DNA of 64,000 nt. Origin: Minisyncoccota bacterium (lineage in GTDB: Bacteria; Patescibacteriota; Minisyncoccia; Phycocordibacterales; UBA6065). Below, piece by piece: positions 1 to 8,441 of this stretch. The stretch spans positions 30,861 through 94,860 of the forward strand of contig DASTLR010000014.1 in the NCBI GenBank assembly GCA_035714745.1, in the 5' to 3' direction. The notes under the pieces were generated by a model. That model was not told the origin of the DNA, did no database searches, and saw only the letters and a program-made list of their open reading frames with translations. Made by a program: the position numbers and the translations under genes. Position 1 is the first letter of the stretch; each line of letters begins with the position of its first letter.

Positions 1-250
1 AGTCGATACCAGACTGCTTGTCCGCGCGGCCGCGGGCTGCCATATAGAAGTCGACGCCGATGATGGGCTTGATGCCCGCCTTCTTGCATTCTTTGTAGAA
101 CTCGATGGCGCCGTAGAGATTGCCGTTGTCGGTCAGGGCCAGGGCGGCGGCTCCGTCATCCTTGGCTGCCTTCACCAGCGCATCTACCTTTGGCAGGGCG
201 GCCAGGAGGGAGTAATGGCTGTGGGTATGCAAGTGGATGAAGCGGGCCAT
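1..250 (-). CDS. dnaE: DNA polymerase III alpha subunit, N-terminal PHP domain (runs off window start)
   Basis: Manual translation from CAT at 248-250: MARFIHLHTHSHYSLLAALPKVDALV...LALTDNGNLYGAIEFYKECKKAGIKPIIGVD, the typical DnaE N-terminus. Confidence 0.93.
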   Translation of the reverse strand, partial: MARFIHLHTHSHYSLLAALPKVDALVKAAKDDGAAALALTDNGNLYGAIEFYKECKKAGIKPIIGVDFYMAARGRADKQSGID

Positions 251-334
251 GGTGGCCTTATTCTAGAACAAAAAGGACGGCTTTGCTCGTTGACTTTGGA
301 GATGTGACATGTAGTGTTGAGGACAGAAAACCTT

Positions 335-763
335 ATGAATAACGAATACGAATTGAGCGATGAACGTTTGCTCAAGGAACTAACCGAGGCAGTCTTCAAC
401 CAAGGCGTTCTTGTGGCAGGTTCTCCAGCTAACAAGATCAGGTTACGGCAGGTGACGTCAAATGTGGCGTATCTCACAGGCATCGTCTTGGCACGGCTCC
501 AAAAAATCGAGGTCCCGTCTCATATCAATGCGGGCGACCGGGTGATGGCTGATAGGTGTGCCCATATCGTCGAAGGTAAGCATCCTAAGACAGATACGGC
601 ATATTTCGTCCGCCGCGTCTGGTTCAGTCCTTCAGACGAGATCTGGAAGTTGGAGCTGGTGGAGGCGGCAACCTACCAGCGTATCCAGCATGCAGCGGAA
701 CATCCGATGCTTTTTCCTCTCTCGTGGTTCAAGGTCGTCAAAGAAAGGCCTCTTGCAGCCTGA
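335..763 (+). CDS. hypothetical protein
   Basis: Open frame divergent from dnaE, ATG at 335, followed by a hairpin plus T-run; no recognised motif. Confidence 0.6.
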   Translation: MNNEYELSDERLLKELTEAVFNQGVLVAGSPANKIRLRQVTSNVAYLTGIVLARLQKIEVPSHINAGDRVMADRCAHIVEGKHPKTDTAYFVRRVWFSPSDEIWKLELVEAATYQRIQHAAEHPMLFPLSWFKVVKERPLAA

Positions 764-813
764 TGTATCTGGTCCCGCACCCTGCGGGGCTTTTTATTTC
801 GTATACTTAGATA

Positions 814-1407
814 GTGATACGCATAACCCATATCGTCGGCATAGACGAGGTCGGGCGCGGGCCGTTGGCCGGTCCGGTGACGCTCTGCGCCTGTGCGGTC
901 AGGCACGGCTTCGATATGGGCCATTTCGCCGGGATCAAAGACTCCAAGAAGCTCTCGCCGCAGAAGAGGGAGGAGTGGTTCCATCGAATCTCGGAGCTGA
1001 AAGCGGCGGGCAAGCTCGATCTCGCTTATTTTTCCGTGACCGCGGCGGACATCGACGCTATGGGCATCTCTCACGCTATCGAGCGGGCCATCCATGAATG
1101 CCTGGACGCCCTCCGGCTGCCTGCCGAGACCACCCAGATCTTCTTGGATGGCTCTCTGCGCGCCCCCAAGCGATTTCCCCTGCAGGAGACCATCATCAAG
1201 GGCGACGAGAAGGTGCCGATCATCTCGGCCGCTTCCATCGTGGCCAAAGTCATGCGCGACCGCCATATGGAAGAGCAGGCCGCGCTCTATCCCGAATACG
1301 GCTTCGACGCTCACAAAGGCTATGGCACCGCCGCACACTGCTTGGCCATCCGCACGCACGGCGCGACGCCCATCCACCGCAAGAGCTTTTTGACGAGGAT
1401 TCTTTAA
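814..1407 (+). CDS. rnhB: ribonuclease HII
   Basis: GIDEVGRGPLAGP, DSKKL, KGD, SAASIVAKV.RD and HKGYGT motifs. Confidence 0.97.
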   Translation: MIRITHIVGIDEVGRGPLAGPVTLCACAVRHGFDMGHFAGIKDSKKLSPQKREEWFHRISELKAAGKLDLAYFSVTAADIDAMGISHAIERAIHECLDALRLPAETTQIFLDGSLRAPKRFPLQETIIKGDEKVPIISAASIVAKVMRDRHMEEQAALYPEYGFDAHKGYGTAAHCLAIRTHGATPIHRKSFLTRIL

Positions 1408-1480
1408 TGAGAATAGGTGGGGCTCAATAAAAAACCGCCTCACCTTGGAGGTGTGGCGGGTAAGTTGAGCAAAAAGAAAA

Positions 1481-1939
1481 CTATTTACCGCGTCTGAACC
1501 GGAGAATGCGGGGAGGAACGTCTGATGACGTTTTCTCCAGTTCGGCGGTAATTTTGCTTTTTGCCTCAATGAGGTCCATCTTTTGACCTATCGGCATTGA
1601 AGCGATGAGCGCATCTTGAAATCTGCAAGATTCGATAAGGTGGTTCACGAAGTTAAACTTGTCGGGAACATCAAGTGCCAGTTGGTCGCCATGGCAGAAT
1701 TCCTCTGGGAGAAGCGGTGAACCTCTCAGTTTTGGGGTGTTTCTTGTGCTGTAATCCTTAAAAACTGGCTCGCCCCGAGCATCCGAAACTAATCCTTTGG
1801 CGATGATCACTCCGTCACGGATCACGTGCACGTTCATTCCGTATAGTTCCAAGAATGCGTCCAAGGCGTCGAACTTGAGGTCATCAAGCTCGAACCAAAG
1901 CTGACCCTCGTGGCTTACGACTTTGATTTTGATTTGCAT
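1481..1939 (-). CDS. hypothetical protein (lower GC)
   Basis: ORF with AGAAAGGA SD-like sequence before MQIKIKVV; convergent terminator at about 1430-1460. Confidence 0.6.
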   Translation of the reverse strand: MQIKIKVVSHEGQLWFELDDLKFDALDAFLELYGMNVHVIRDGVIIAKGLVSDARGEPVFKDYSTRNTPKLRGSPLLPEEFCHGDQLALDVPDKFNFVNHLIESCRFQDALIASMPIGQKMDLIEAKSKITAELEKTSSDVPPRILRFRRGK

Positions 1940-2115
1940 GGTAGGTTCCTTTCTCTGTCCATATACTTCATTAATCCAAGAAAAAGGCAAGCATGTACAG
2001 AAATGATTTTCTATGTGCGAATGAGGAAATTTAAGAAAAATTCATCGGAAATTGATGAAGATTTTATCACTGGTTGTTTATGATGCTTCTGGCGGAGAAT
2101 GACGATCTCCGTAAC

Positions 2116-2184
2116 GGGCCGGCTGATGGTCAGAGGTCAGGTCTCGTCAACTTGATCTTGCGGGTTCGACTCCCGTCCGGTCCA
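2116..2184 (+). ncRNA. non-canonical tRNA-like RNA (acceptor stem and T-arm intact, minimal D region, long anticodon-position stem)
   Basis: GGGCCGG/CCGGTCC-A acceptor stem with G3.U70; T-arm GCGGG-TTCGACT-CCCGT; stem GAGGTCAGGT/ACTTGATCTT with loop CTCGTCA. Confidence 0.75.
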
Positions 2185-2237
2185 TGCCAGCGTCTTGACT
2201 CGTCTCGCCAAAGGAATATACTTTAAGCGTTGACGAG

Positions 2238-2271
2238 GGCAAAAACCGCACCGAAAGGCGCGGTTTTTGCC
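2238..2271. terminator. intrinsic terminator-like hairpin
   Basis: GGCAAAAACCGC...GCGGTTTTTGCC 12-bp inverted repeat. Confidence 0.75.
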
Positions 2272-2336
2272 TTCTAAAAGGATGCTTTTCTTCCTTTTCT
2301 TGCCTTTTTTAGGGGTTCTGCTATAGTGTCGGAACT

Positions 2337-2561
2337 ATGGTAGTACGAATGCGTTCCACGCGGTCTCATACGGGAAACAGGCGCTCTCATCACGCGCTCA
2401 AGAATCCTGCCCTGACCGTCGATACGAATACCGGCGCTATCCACCTGCGCCACCGAGCCTCGGCCGTCACCGGCAAATACAAGAACCTGGTGGCCATCGA
2501 CATGGAGAAGAAGGCCGCAAAGAAGGCCAAGAAGATGAAGGAGGCCCAGACGGCGCGATAG
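2337..2561 (+). CDS. rpmF: 50S ribosomal protein L32 (Cys-free, zinc-independent type)
   Basis: MVVRMRSTRSHTGNRRSHHAL...HLRHR...TGKYK; basic 74 aa; upstream of nusB-rnc. Confidence 0.9.
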   Translation: MVVRMRSTRSHTGNRRSHHALKNPALTVDTNTGAIHLRHRASAVTGKYKNLVAIDMEKKAAKKAKKMKEAQTAR

Positions 2562-2678
2562 TCTCAATACAACGAGCAGACCATGGAAGCCCGCTTCAGC
2601 GGGCTTTTGACTTGCGCAAGCGCCCAAACCTTTGTACCATTACGAGCGTAACAGTAGATATAACCTTCGTACATTATC

Positions 2679-3590
2679 ATGGCCAACAGGCACCTCGCGC
2701 GCTCCGTCGTACTCCAAGCTCTCTTCGAGTGGGACGTTCGCGACAAAGACCCAAAGACCCTCGTCCATGCCATCGCCCGCGACGCCGAGGAGTTCGCTCC
2801 AGGCAGCAATTCCGCGGCCGACACCGCCTTTATGGAGGGCCTGGGCAAGGGCGTGGTCAAGAAGCTCCCCGAGATCGACACCATCATCACCAAGGCCGCG
2901 CCTGACTGGCCCCTGGACAAGATCTCTATCGTCGACAGGAACGTCCTGCGCATGGGCCTGTACGAGCTCCTTTTCGCCGACCGCGAGGAAGTGCCGGCGA
3001 AAGTGGCTATCAACGAAGCCATCGAGCTGGCCAAATCGTTCGGCGGCGAGAATTCCGGCAAATTCGTCAACGGCGTGCTGGGCTCGGTGTACAAGGAGCT
3101 CGGCGAGCCGGGCAAGGACGCCGTCTCAAAGAAGAAGGACGACAAGTTCAACATTCCCTTTGAAAAGATGCCGATCGTCAAATTGGGCGGCGCGGTGGTC
3201 TTCGCCCGCGACGGCGGCAAGGACGGACAGGTATACGTCGGCCTGGTCCACGACGTCTTTGGCCGTTGGACGCTCTCCAAGGGCAGCCTGGAAGAGGGCG
3301 AGGACGTACGGCAGGGCACCGTCAGGAAGGTAAAGGAAGAGATCGGCGCCGATATCAAGATCATAGAGGAAGTCGCTTCCAACGAATACGTGGCTACCCA
3401 TCCGGAAAAGGGCAAGCTCCGCAAGCAGGTGACGTATTTCCTGGCCGAGGCGCCGTACAAGCCCCTCAAGCTCAAGGAGACCGGCGGCCTGGACAAGGCC
3501 CAGTGGTTCAAGGCAGACGAGATCGGCGACTTGAACTTCTACGACGACATGTTGCCGATCATCGCCAAAGCGATTAAGATGATCCCCTAA
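2679..3590 (+). CDS. nusB: transcription antitermination factor NusB fused to a C-terminal NUDIX domain
   Basis: RHLAR..LQALFE, VDRNVLR, VAINEAIELAKSFG, FVNGVL; then WTLSKGSLEEGED...RKVKEEIG NUDIX-like box. Confidence 0.93.
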   Translation: MANRHLARSVVLQALFEWDVRDKDPKTLVHAIARDAEEFAPGSNSAADTAFMEGLGKGVVKKLPEIDTIITKAAPDWPLDKISIVDRNVLRMGLYELLFADREEVPAKVAINEAIELAKSFGGENSGKFVNGVLGSVYKELGEPGKDAVSKKKDDKFNIPFEKMPIVKLGGAVVFARDGGKDGQVYVGLVHDVFGRWTLSKGSLEEGEDVRQGTVRKVKEEIGADIKIIEEVASNEYVATHPEKGKLRKQVTYFLAEAPYKPLKLKETGGLDKAQWFKADEIGDLNFYDDMLPIIAKAIKMIP

Positions 3591-4294
3591 TGGAAGCGAA
3601 TTTCGCGGCATTCGAGACGAAAGCAGGCCTGGCCTTTCGGGATAAGGCCCTCTTGCGCCAGGCTTTCACGCACCGCTCGTATATCAACGAGAACAAGGGC
3701 TCGCGCCTGGAGCATAACGAGCGCCTGGAGTTCCTGGGCGACGCCGTGCTCGAGCTGGTCGTGACGAACTTCCTCTATTTCAAATATCCGAGCAAGCCCG
3801 AGGGCGTGCTCACGACCTATCGCTCGGCCTTGGTCAATTCCGTGACCCTGGCCGAGGTCGCCTCGAACCTCTCGATGAACGACTTCCTCCTCCTGTCCAA
3901 GGGCGAGGCAAAGGACACCGGCCGGGCCCGCCAGTTCATCCTGGCCAATACCTTCGAGGCGGTGGTCGGCGCTATCTATCTGGACCAGGGATACGACGCG
4001 GCCAAAGCTTTCATCGAGAAGAACATCTTCGTCTTTGCGGACAAGATGATCGCCCGCGGCAACCTGGTCGACGCCAAGAGCCAGTTCCAAGAGCGGGCCC
4101 AGGAGAAGACCGGCACCACGCCTTCGTACAAGCTGGTCAAAGAGTCCGGGCCGGACCACGACAAGTCGTTCACCGTGGCAGTGATGATCGGCCGCGAGCA
4201 GGTCGCCACCGGCGAGGGCAAGTCCAAGCAAGAGGCCGAGCAGAACGCTGCCCTCCGGGCGCTGGAGGCGAAAGGGTGGGCGGCGGCAGAATAG
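3590..4294 (+). CDS. rnc: ribonuclease III
   Basis: HNERLEFLGDAVL signature plus dsRBD (GPDHDK, GKSKQEAEQNAA); TAATG overlap with nusB. Confidence 0.98.
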   Translation: MEANFAAFETKAGLAFRDKALLRQAFTHRSYINENKGSRLEHNERLEFLGDAVLELVVTNFLYFKYPSKPEGVLTTYRSALVNSVTLAEVASNLSMNDFLLLSKGEAKDTGRARQFILANTFEAVVGAIYLDQGYDAAKAFIEKNIFVFADKMIARGNLVDAKSQFQERAQEKTGTTPSYKLVKESGPDHDKSFTVAVMIGREQVATGEGKSKQEAEQNAALRALEAKGWAAAE

Positions 4295-4351
4295 AGGCAA
4301 CAAAAAATCCCGCGAAAGCGGGATTCGGAGAGGCTGCCCATCGGGCAGCTT

Positions 4352-4609
4352 TTATCGTTGCTGGCAGGCGTCGATCTCGGCTTTCCAGCGGGCGCCGCGG
4401 CAGAAAAAGAAGAACCAGAGGACGAAGGAGCTTGCGATCGAGCCAAAGATCATGGACAGATGGGCCGCGCCTTTTGGAGGCGGGCCGATAGGGACATAGT
4501 CGTGTATCCGGGGATAGGCCAGGGCCGTCACCAGGACGACCAGGGATACCGTCAGCAGGGCCGATGCCACGTTGACCGCCAGCCATTTCAGTTTGAGTCG
4601 AAGGTTCAT
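4352..4609 (-). CDS. small 2-TM membrane protein
   Basis: Two hydrophobic segments; converges on hairpin at about 4304-4326. Confidence 0.55.
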   Translation of the reverse strand: MNLRLKLKWLAVNVASALLTVSLVVLVTALAYPRIHDYVPIGPPPKGAAHLSMIFGSIASSFVLWFFFFCRGARWKAEIDACQQR

Positions 4610-4735
4610 AGAAGGTCCCGCACCACTCTATAGCTTGTCTTTTGGGAAGTAAAGGGTAGTGTATATCGAGAAAACAGAGGCATTTCGCTTCTGTATCGAA
4701 CCGGGCCGTAGTAAGCCCTTCCGAAAGGATAAATT

Positions 4736-5176
4736 ATGTTAAAAAAGACATCGTTGCTCATCCATAGACATACTTCCCGGACAGCGTCCGAGCTAGCCCC
4801 CTCGATCCGTCTGGCTATGGCTATACACCAAAAACTTGTAGAGCTCGCAGTGGTAGATCGAAATACCCTTGTGCGATCCATCCAGGACTACTTCCTTGGA
4901 GGCATGGAGAGGGAGCACCCTATCCCGCGCTATTCGATACTTCTCTTTCGGGAAAAGAGCGATCTTTTCTGCGAAGCGATGCGCAGCGCTCACCGCCTCT
5001 CGTCGTCGCTTAATGTGGCCACGACTCATAGCCCGATCTTCCTTGCCTGCAGGTTCTCGGAGAAGGGTGGCGCTTGCCTGGGGGAGCTAGAGGTCACCAT
5101 CGGTCTGCATCGAGAAGTCGAGATCAGCTTTATGGAAGCAGAGCTGGGGAAGCATATCGTCGAAGAGCCCGTATGA
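4736..5176 (+). CDS. hypothetical protein
   Basis: 146-aa ORF with AAGGA SD; fills the gap before smc. Confidence 0.55.
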   Translation: MLKKTSLLIHRHTSRTASELAPSIRLAMAIHQKLVELAVVDRNTLVRSIQDYFLGGMEREHPIPRYSILLFREKSDLFCEAMRSAHRLSSSLNVATTHSPIFLACRFSEKGGACLGELEVTIGLHREVEISFMEAELGKHIVEEPV

Positions 5177-5237
5177 CCGTTCGTCGCCGCGATAATATCG
5201 CGGCTTTTTCATGCTATATTTATAGGGCCTTTTCCCT

Positions 5238-7478
5238 ATGTATCTGAAATCCCTCGAGCTCGCCGGCTTCAAATCCTTCGCCAAAAAGAGCGCCCTGGAA
5301 TTCAAGGCGCAGGTGACCGCCATCGTCGGCCCGAACGGCTCGGGCAAGTCGAACGTGGCCGAGGCCTTCCGCTTCGTCCTGGGCGAGCAGTCCATCCGCT
5401 CGATGCGCGGCAAGCGCACCGAGGACCTGATCTTTAACGGCGCCGAAGCCCAGGCCCGCGGCAACCGCGCCTCGGTCCGGCTGGTCTTCGACAACCAGCC
5501 TCATGGCGGCCAGGGCCGCCTCCTGAACATCGACTTCGACGAGGTGGCTATCGAGCGCGTCATCCATCGCGACTCGCTCTCGGAATATTTCATCAACGGC
5601 ACCCAGGTCAGGCTCAAGGACGTGGTCGAGCTCCTGGCCGGCGCGCACATCGGCGCCTCGGGCCACCACATCATCTCGCAGGGCGAGGCGGACCGCATCC
5701 TGAACGCCAACGTCCGCGAGCGCCGCGAGATGATCGAGGACGCCCTGGGCCTCAAGATCTACCAGTACAAGAGGGAAGAGAGCCAGCGCAAGCTCGAGAA
5801 GACCCGGGAGAACATGGAGAAGGTCGAGTCCCTGCGCAAGGAGATCGCCCCGCACCTGAAATTCCTGAAGAAGCAGGTAGAGAAGGTCGAGAAGACCGTC
5901 GCCCTGCGCGAGGAGCTCAAGAATCTCTATCGCGAATACCTGCGCCGCGAGTCGCTCTACCTGGACGCTTCCGAAAAGGCCCTGGCCGCCGAGAGCGCCG
6001 CGCCCAAGCGCGACCTGGAGCGCCTAGAGCGAGAGCTGACCGAAGCGAAAAAGGTCCTGGAGGCCTCGCGCCACAAGGACGCCAAATCGAGCGAGCTGAT
6101 GTCCCTGGAGGCCCGCTTGAAAGCCGCGCGCCAGGCCCAGGACGACCTGAATCGCACCGCCGGCCGCATCGAGGGCGAGGTCGCCTCGCTCGAAAAGATG
6201 CTTGCCCGCGAGAGGGCGAACGCCTCGACCGACGTGGCTACCGTCGAATACGCAAAGGTCAAGTCTCTCATCGAGACCGTGAGCGCTCTGCTCGACGACC
6301 TCTCTTCCGTCCCAAAGATCCGGGCCATGTTCAAGAGCTTCCTGGAATCGAATCGCAACACCCGGGCCGAGAACAAGGCGCAGGAGCTGGAGAAAGAGCT
6401 CGAGATCCTCAGACAAAGAAAAGAAAGGAACGAGGGCGAGGCGCAGGAGAGGGCCAAGGAGCTGGCGGAGCTCTCGGCGCAGTACGGCGCCCTCCAGCGC
6501 GAGATCGAGAAGGAGAAGGACAGCTCCCGCGACGCCGAAAAGGCCATGTTCCGCATCATGGCCGAGGAGAACGAGATCCGCGGCAAGCTCTCGGTCATCC
6601 GCGTGCGCGAGGACAAATTGCGCCTGGAGCGGGCCGACTTCAAGCGCGAGACCGAGGAGGGCGCCCAGCTGATCGGCCGCGACGTCTATCTCTACGAGTC
6701 TGACGCCGCCGCGTACGCCCCCGAGGAGCGCCATCTCCAGGAGGAGCGCCGCCGCCAGATCGACAGGATCAAGGTCCGCTTGGAGGATTCGGGCGCCGTC
6801 TCGCCGGGCGACGTCATGAAGGAATACAAAGAGACCGCCGAGCGCGACGAGTTCCTGGCCCGCGAGCTGGTCGACCTGGAGAAGTCCGCCGAGTCGCTCA
6901 CGACGCTCATCGCCGAGCTCGAGGCCAAGCTCGACACGCTCTTCACCGACGGCATTTCTAAAATAAACAAGCAGTTCAAGGAGTTCTTCGCCCTGATGTT
7001 CGGCGGCGGCGAGTCGTCGCTCTCGGTCGTCAAGGAGAAGAAGCGCAAGAAGGGCCCTTCGGCCGAGGAATTGGCCGAGCTGGGCATCGAGGCATCGGAC
7101 GAGCCCGAGGAAGAGGAGACCGAGCTGGGCGTGGACATCGCCGTCAGCCTGCCGCGCAAAAAGATCAAAGGCCTGGAGATGCTCTCCGGCGGCGAGCGCG
7201 CCCTGACCTCGATCGCCCTTCTCTTCGCCATCTCGCAGGTCAATCCGCCGCCGTTCATCATCTTGGACGAGACCGATGCCGCGCTGGACGAAGCCAATTC
7301 CAAGAAATACGGCGACATGGTCGAGAGCCTTTCCAGGCATTCCCAGCTCATCGTCATCACCCACAACCGCGAGACCATGTCCCGCGCCGGCGTCATCTAC
7401 GGCGTGACCATGGGCAGGGAGGGTTACTCCAAGCTCCTCTCCATCGCCTTTAACGAGGCCCTGGCGGTTGCAAAATAA
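5238..7478 (+). CDS. smc: short SMC-family ATPase (746 aa, no evident hinge)
   Basis: GFKSFA, Walker A GPNGSGKSN, LSGGE signature, ILDETDAALD Walker B/D-loop, coiled coils. Confidence 0.9.
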   Translation: MYLKSLELAGFKSFAKKSALEFKAQVTAIVGPNGSGKSNVAEAFRFVLGEQSIRSMRGKRTEDLIFNGAEAQARGNRASVRLVFDNQPHGGQGRLLNIDFDEVAIERVIHRDSLSEYFINGTQVRLKDVVELLAGAHIGASGHHIISQGEADRILNANVRERREMIEDALGLKIYQYKREESQRKLEKTRENMEKVESLRKEIAPHLKFLKKQVEKVEKTVALREELKNLYREYLRRESLYLDASEKALAAESAAPKRDLERLERELTEAKKVLEASRHKDAKSSELMSLEARLKAARQAQDDLNRTAGRIEGEVASLEKMLARERANASTDVATVEYAKVKSLIETVSALLDDLSSVPKIRAMFKSFLESNRNTRAENKAQELEKELEILRQRKERNEGEAQERAKELAELSAQYGALQREIEKEKDSSRDAEKAMFRIMAEENEIRGKLSVIRVREDKLRLERADFKRETEEGAQLIGRDVYLYESDAAAYAPEERHLQEERRRQIDRIKVRLEDSGAVSPGDVMKEYKETAERDEFLARELVDLEKSAESLTTLIAELEAKLDTLFTDGISKINKQFKEFFALMFGGGESSLSVVKEKKRKKGPSAEELAELGIEASDEPEEEETELGVDIAVSLPRKKIKGLEMLSGGERALTSIALLFAISQVNPPPFIILDETDAALDEANSKKYGDMVESLSRHSQLIVITHNRETMSRAGVIYGVTMGREGYSKLLSIAFNEALAVAK

Positions 7479-7504
7479 TCGATAGTGTGCTATAATATAG
7501 GAGA

Positions 7505-7861
7505 ATGAATACCGCGCTCCTTCCCACGCGGGTGGCTCTCCGCCCCCGCAACGATATCGCCCAGGTCCGCGCCCTCACCATGAAGCTGGTCAGGCGCCTG
7601 AGCCATGCCTTCAAAGGATGGCAGTCCCGGATCCTCCCTGGAGACCGGGTCCATTTGGGCAGCCACCCCGCCAATGTCTTCTACAATCTCCTCTGCACCA
7701 GGACGGGCGCTTCCATCAGCGCGATGTCGACCGACACCGCCGAGCTCTTGGAAGAGGCCTATTCCTCGGTGAAGACGGAGGAACAAAAGAGGGCTATGGC
7801 CGCGCAGCTGAACGATATCCTGGACAGTATCCGCTCCCAGCGCCCTCGTCGGCGCGCCTGA
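7505..7861 (+). CDS. hypothetical protein
   Basis: ORF preceded by TGCTATAAT and AGGAG; terminator-like hairpin downstream. Confidence 0.6.
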   Translation: MNTALLPTRVALRPRNDIAQVRALTMKLVRRLSHAFKGWQSRILPGDRVHLGSHPANVFYNLLCTRTGASISAMSTDTAELLEEAYSSVKTEEQKRAMAAQLNDILDSIRSQRPRRRA

Positions 7862-7968
7862 CGGAAGCTCGAGCCGCGGACGCACCTCCGCGGCTTTTTT
7901 CTTGGGAAAAGGTGTGGTATCGTGACGGGCGGCACCGAACTTCAACCCCAGTTCCTCGATTACATCCC

Positions 7969-8370
7969 ATGAAAAATCTCAGCGAGAATACCCTAGCCAG
8001 GATCCGCAGCGTCTGCCTGAAGCCTCATCCGGGCGTTCCCCAGGACCATCTGGAGGCGATGTTCAGCGCGGTGAGCGAAGGTTTCCAGCATGCTCTGCGG
8101 AACGGCGCGGGACTGCAGCCGATCAAGCTTAATCCGCTCCTGGCGGGAGAGATGGACCCGCTCGAAGCCTTGTTGGGAAGAGAGCGCGCCTGCGAGATGC
8201 TTTCCCGTCTGGGTCCGGAAGACAGAAGGCTCCTGGGCCTTGCACCGCTCTTTACCGACGAGAAGCATGACCAATGCCGCCGGGAGATGTGGATGACCTT
8301 CAGCCTCTTTGGCAGGGCGGAGATCACGAGATCGATGGCGGAGCGGAAGCCTGAGCTGGCCACCGCCTGA
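7969..8370 (+). CDS. hypothetical protein
   Basis: ATG at 7969 (MKNLSENT) within the longer open frame; terminator hairpin at about 8394-8418. Confidence 0.55.
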   Translation: MKNLSENTLARIRSVCLKPHPGVPQDHLEAMFSAVSEGFQHALRNGAGLQPIKLNPLLAGEMDPLEALLGRERACEMLSRLGPEDRRLLGLAPLFTDEKHDQCRREMWMTFSLFGRAEITRSMAERKPELATA

Positions 8371-8441
8371 TCCGCGATGCGCGGCAGCGCTACAGCCGAC
8401 CCCATGGGCCGGCTTTTTATTGTGACGGAGTCTCGCGCCGT

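Noticed and set aside
2116-2184. Ordinary tRNA-Asp(GTC), tRNA-Thr(CGT) or tRNA-Pyl
   Set aside because: No U8/A14 D-arm geometry, pyrimidine at position 37, over-long anticodon stem and no CUA anticodon; kept as a non-canonical RNA instead
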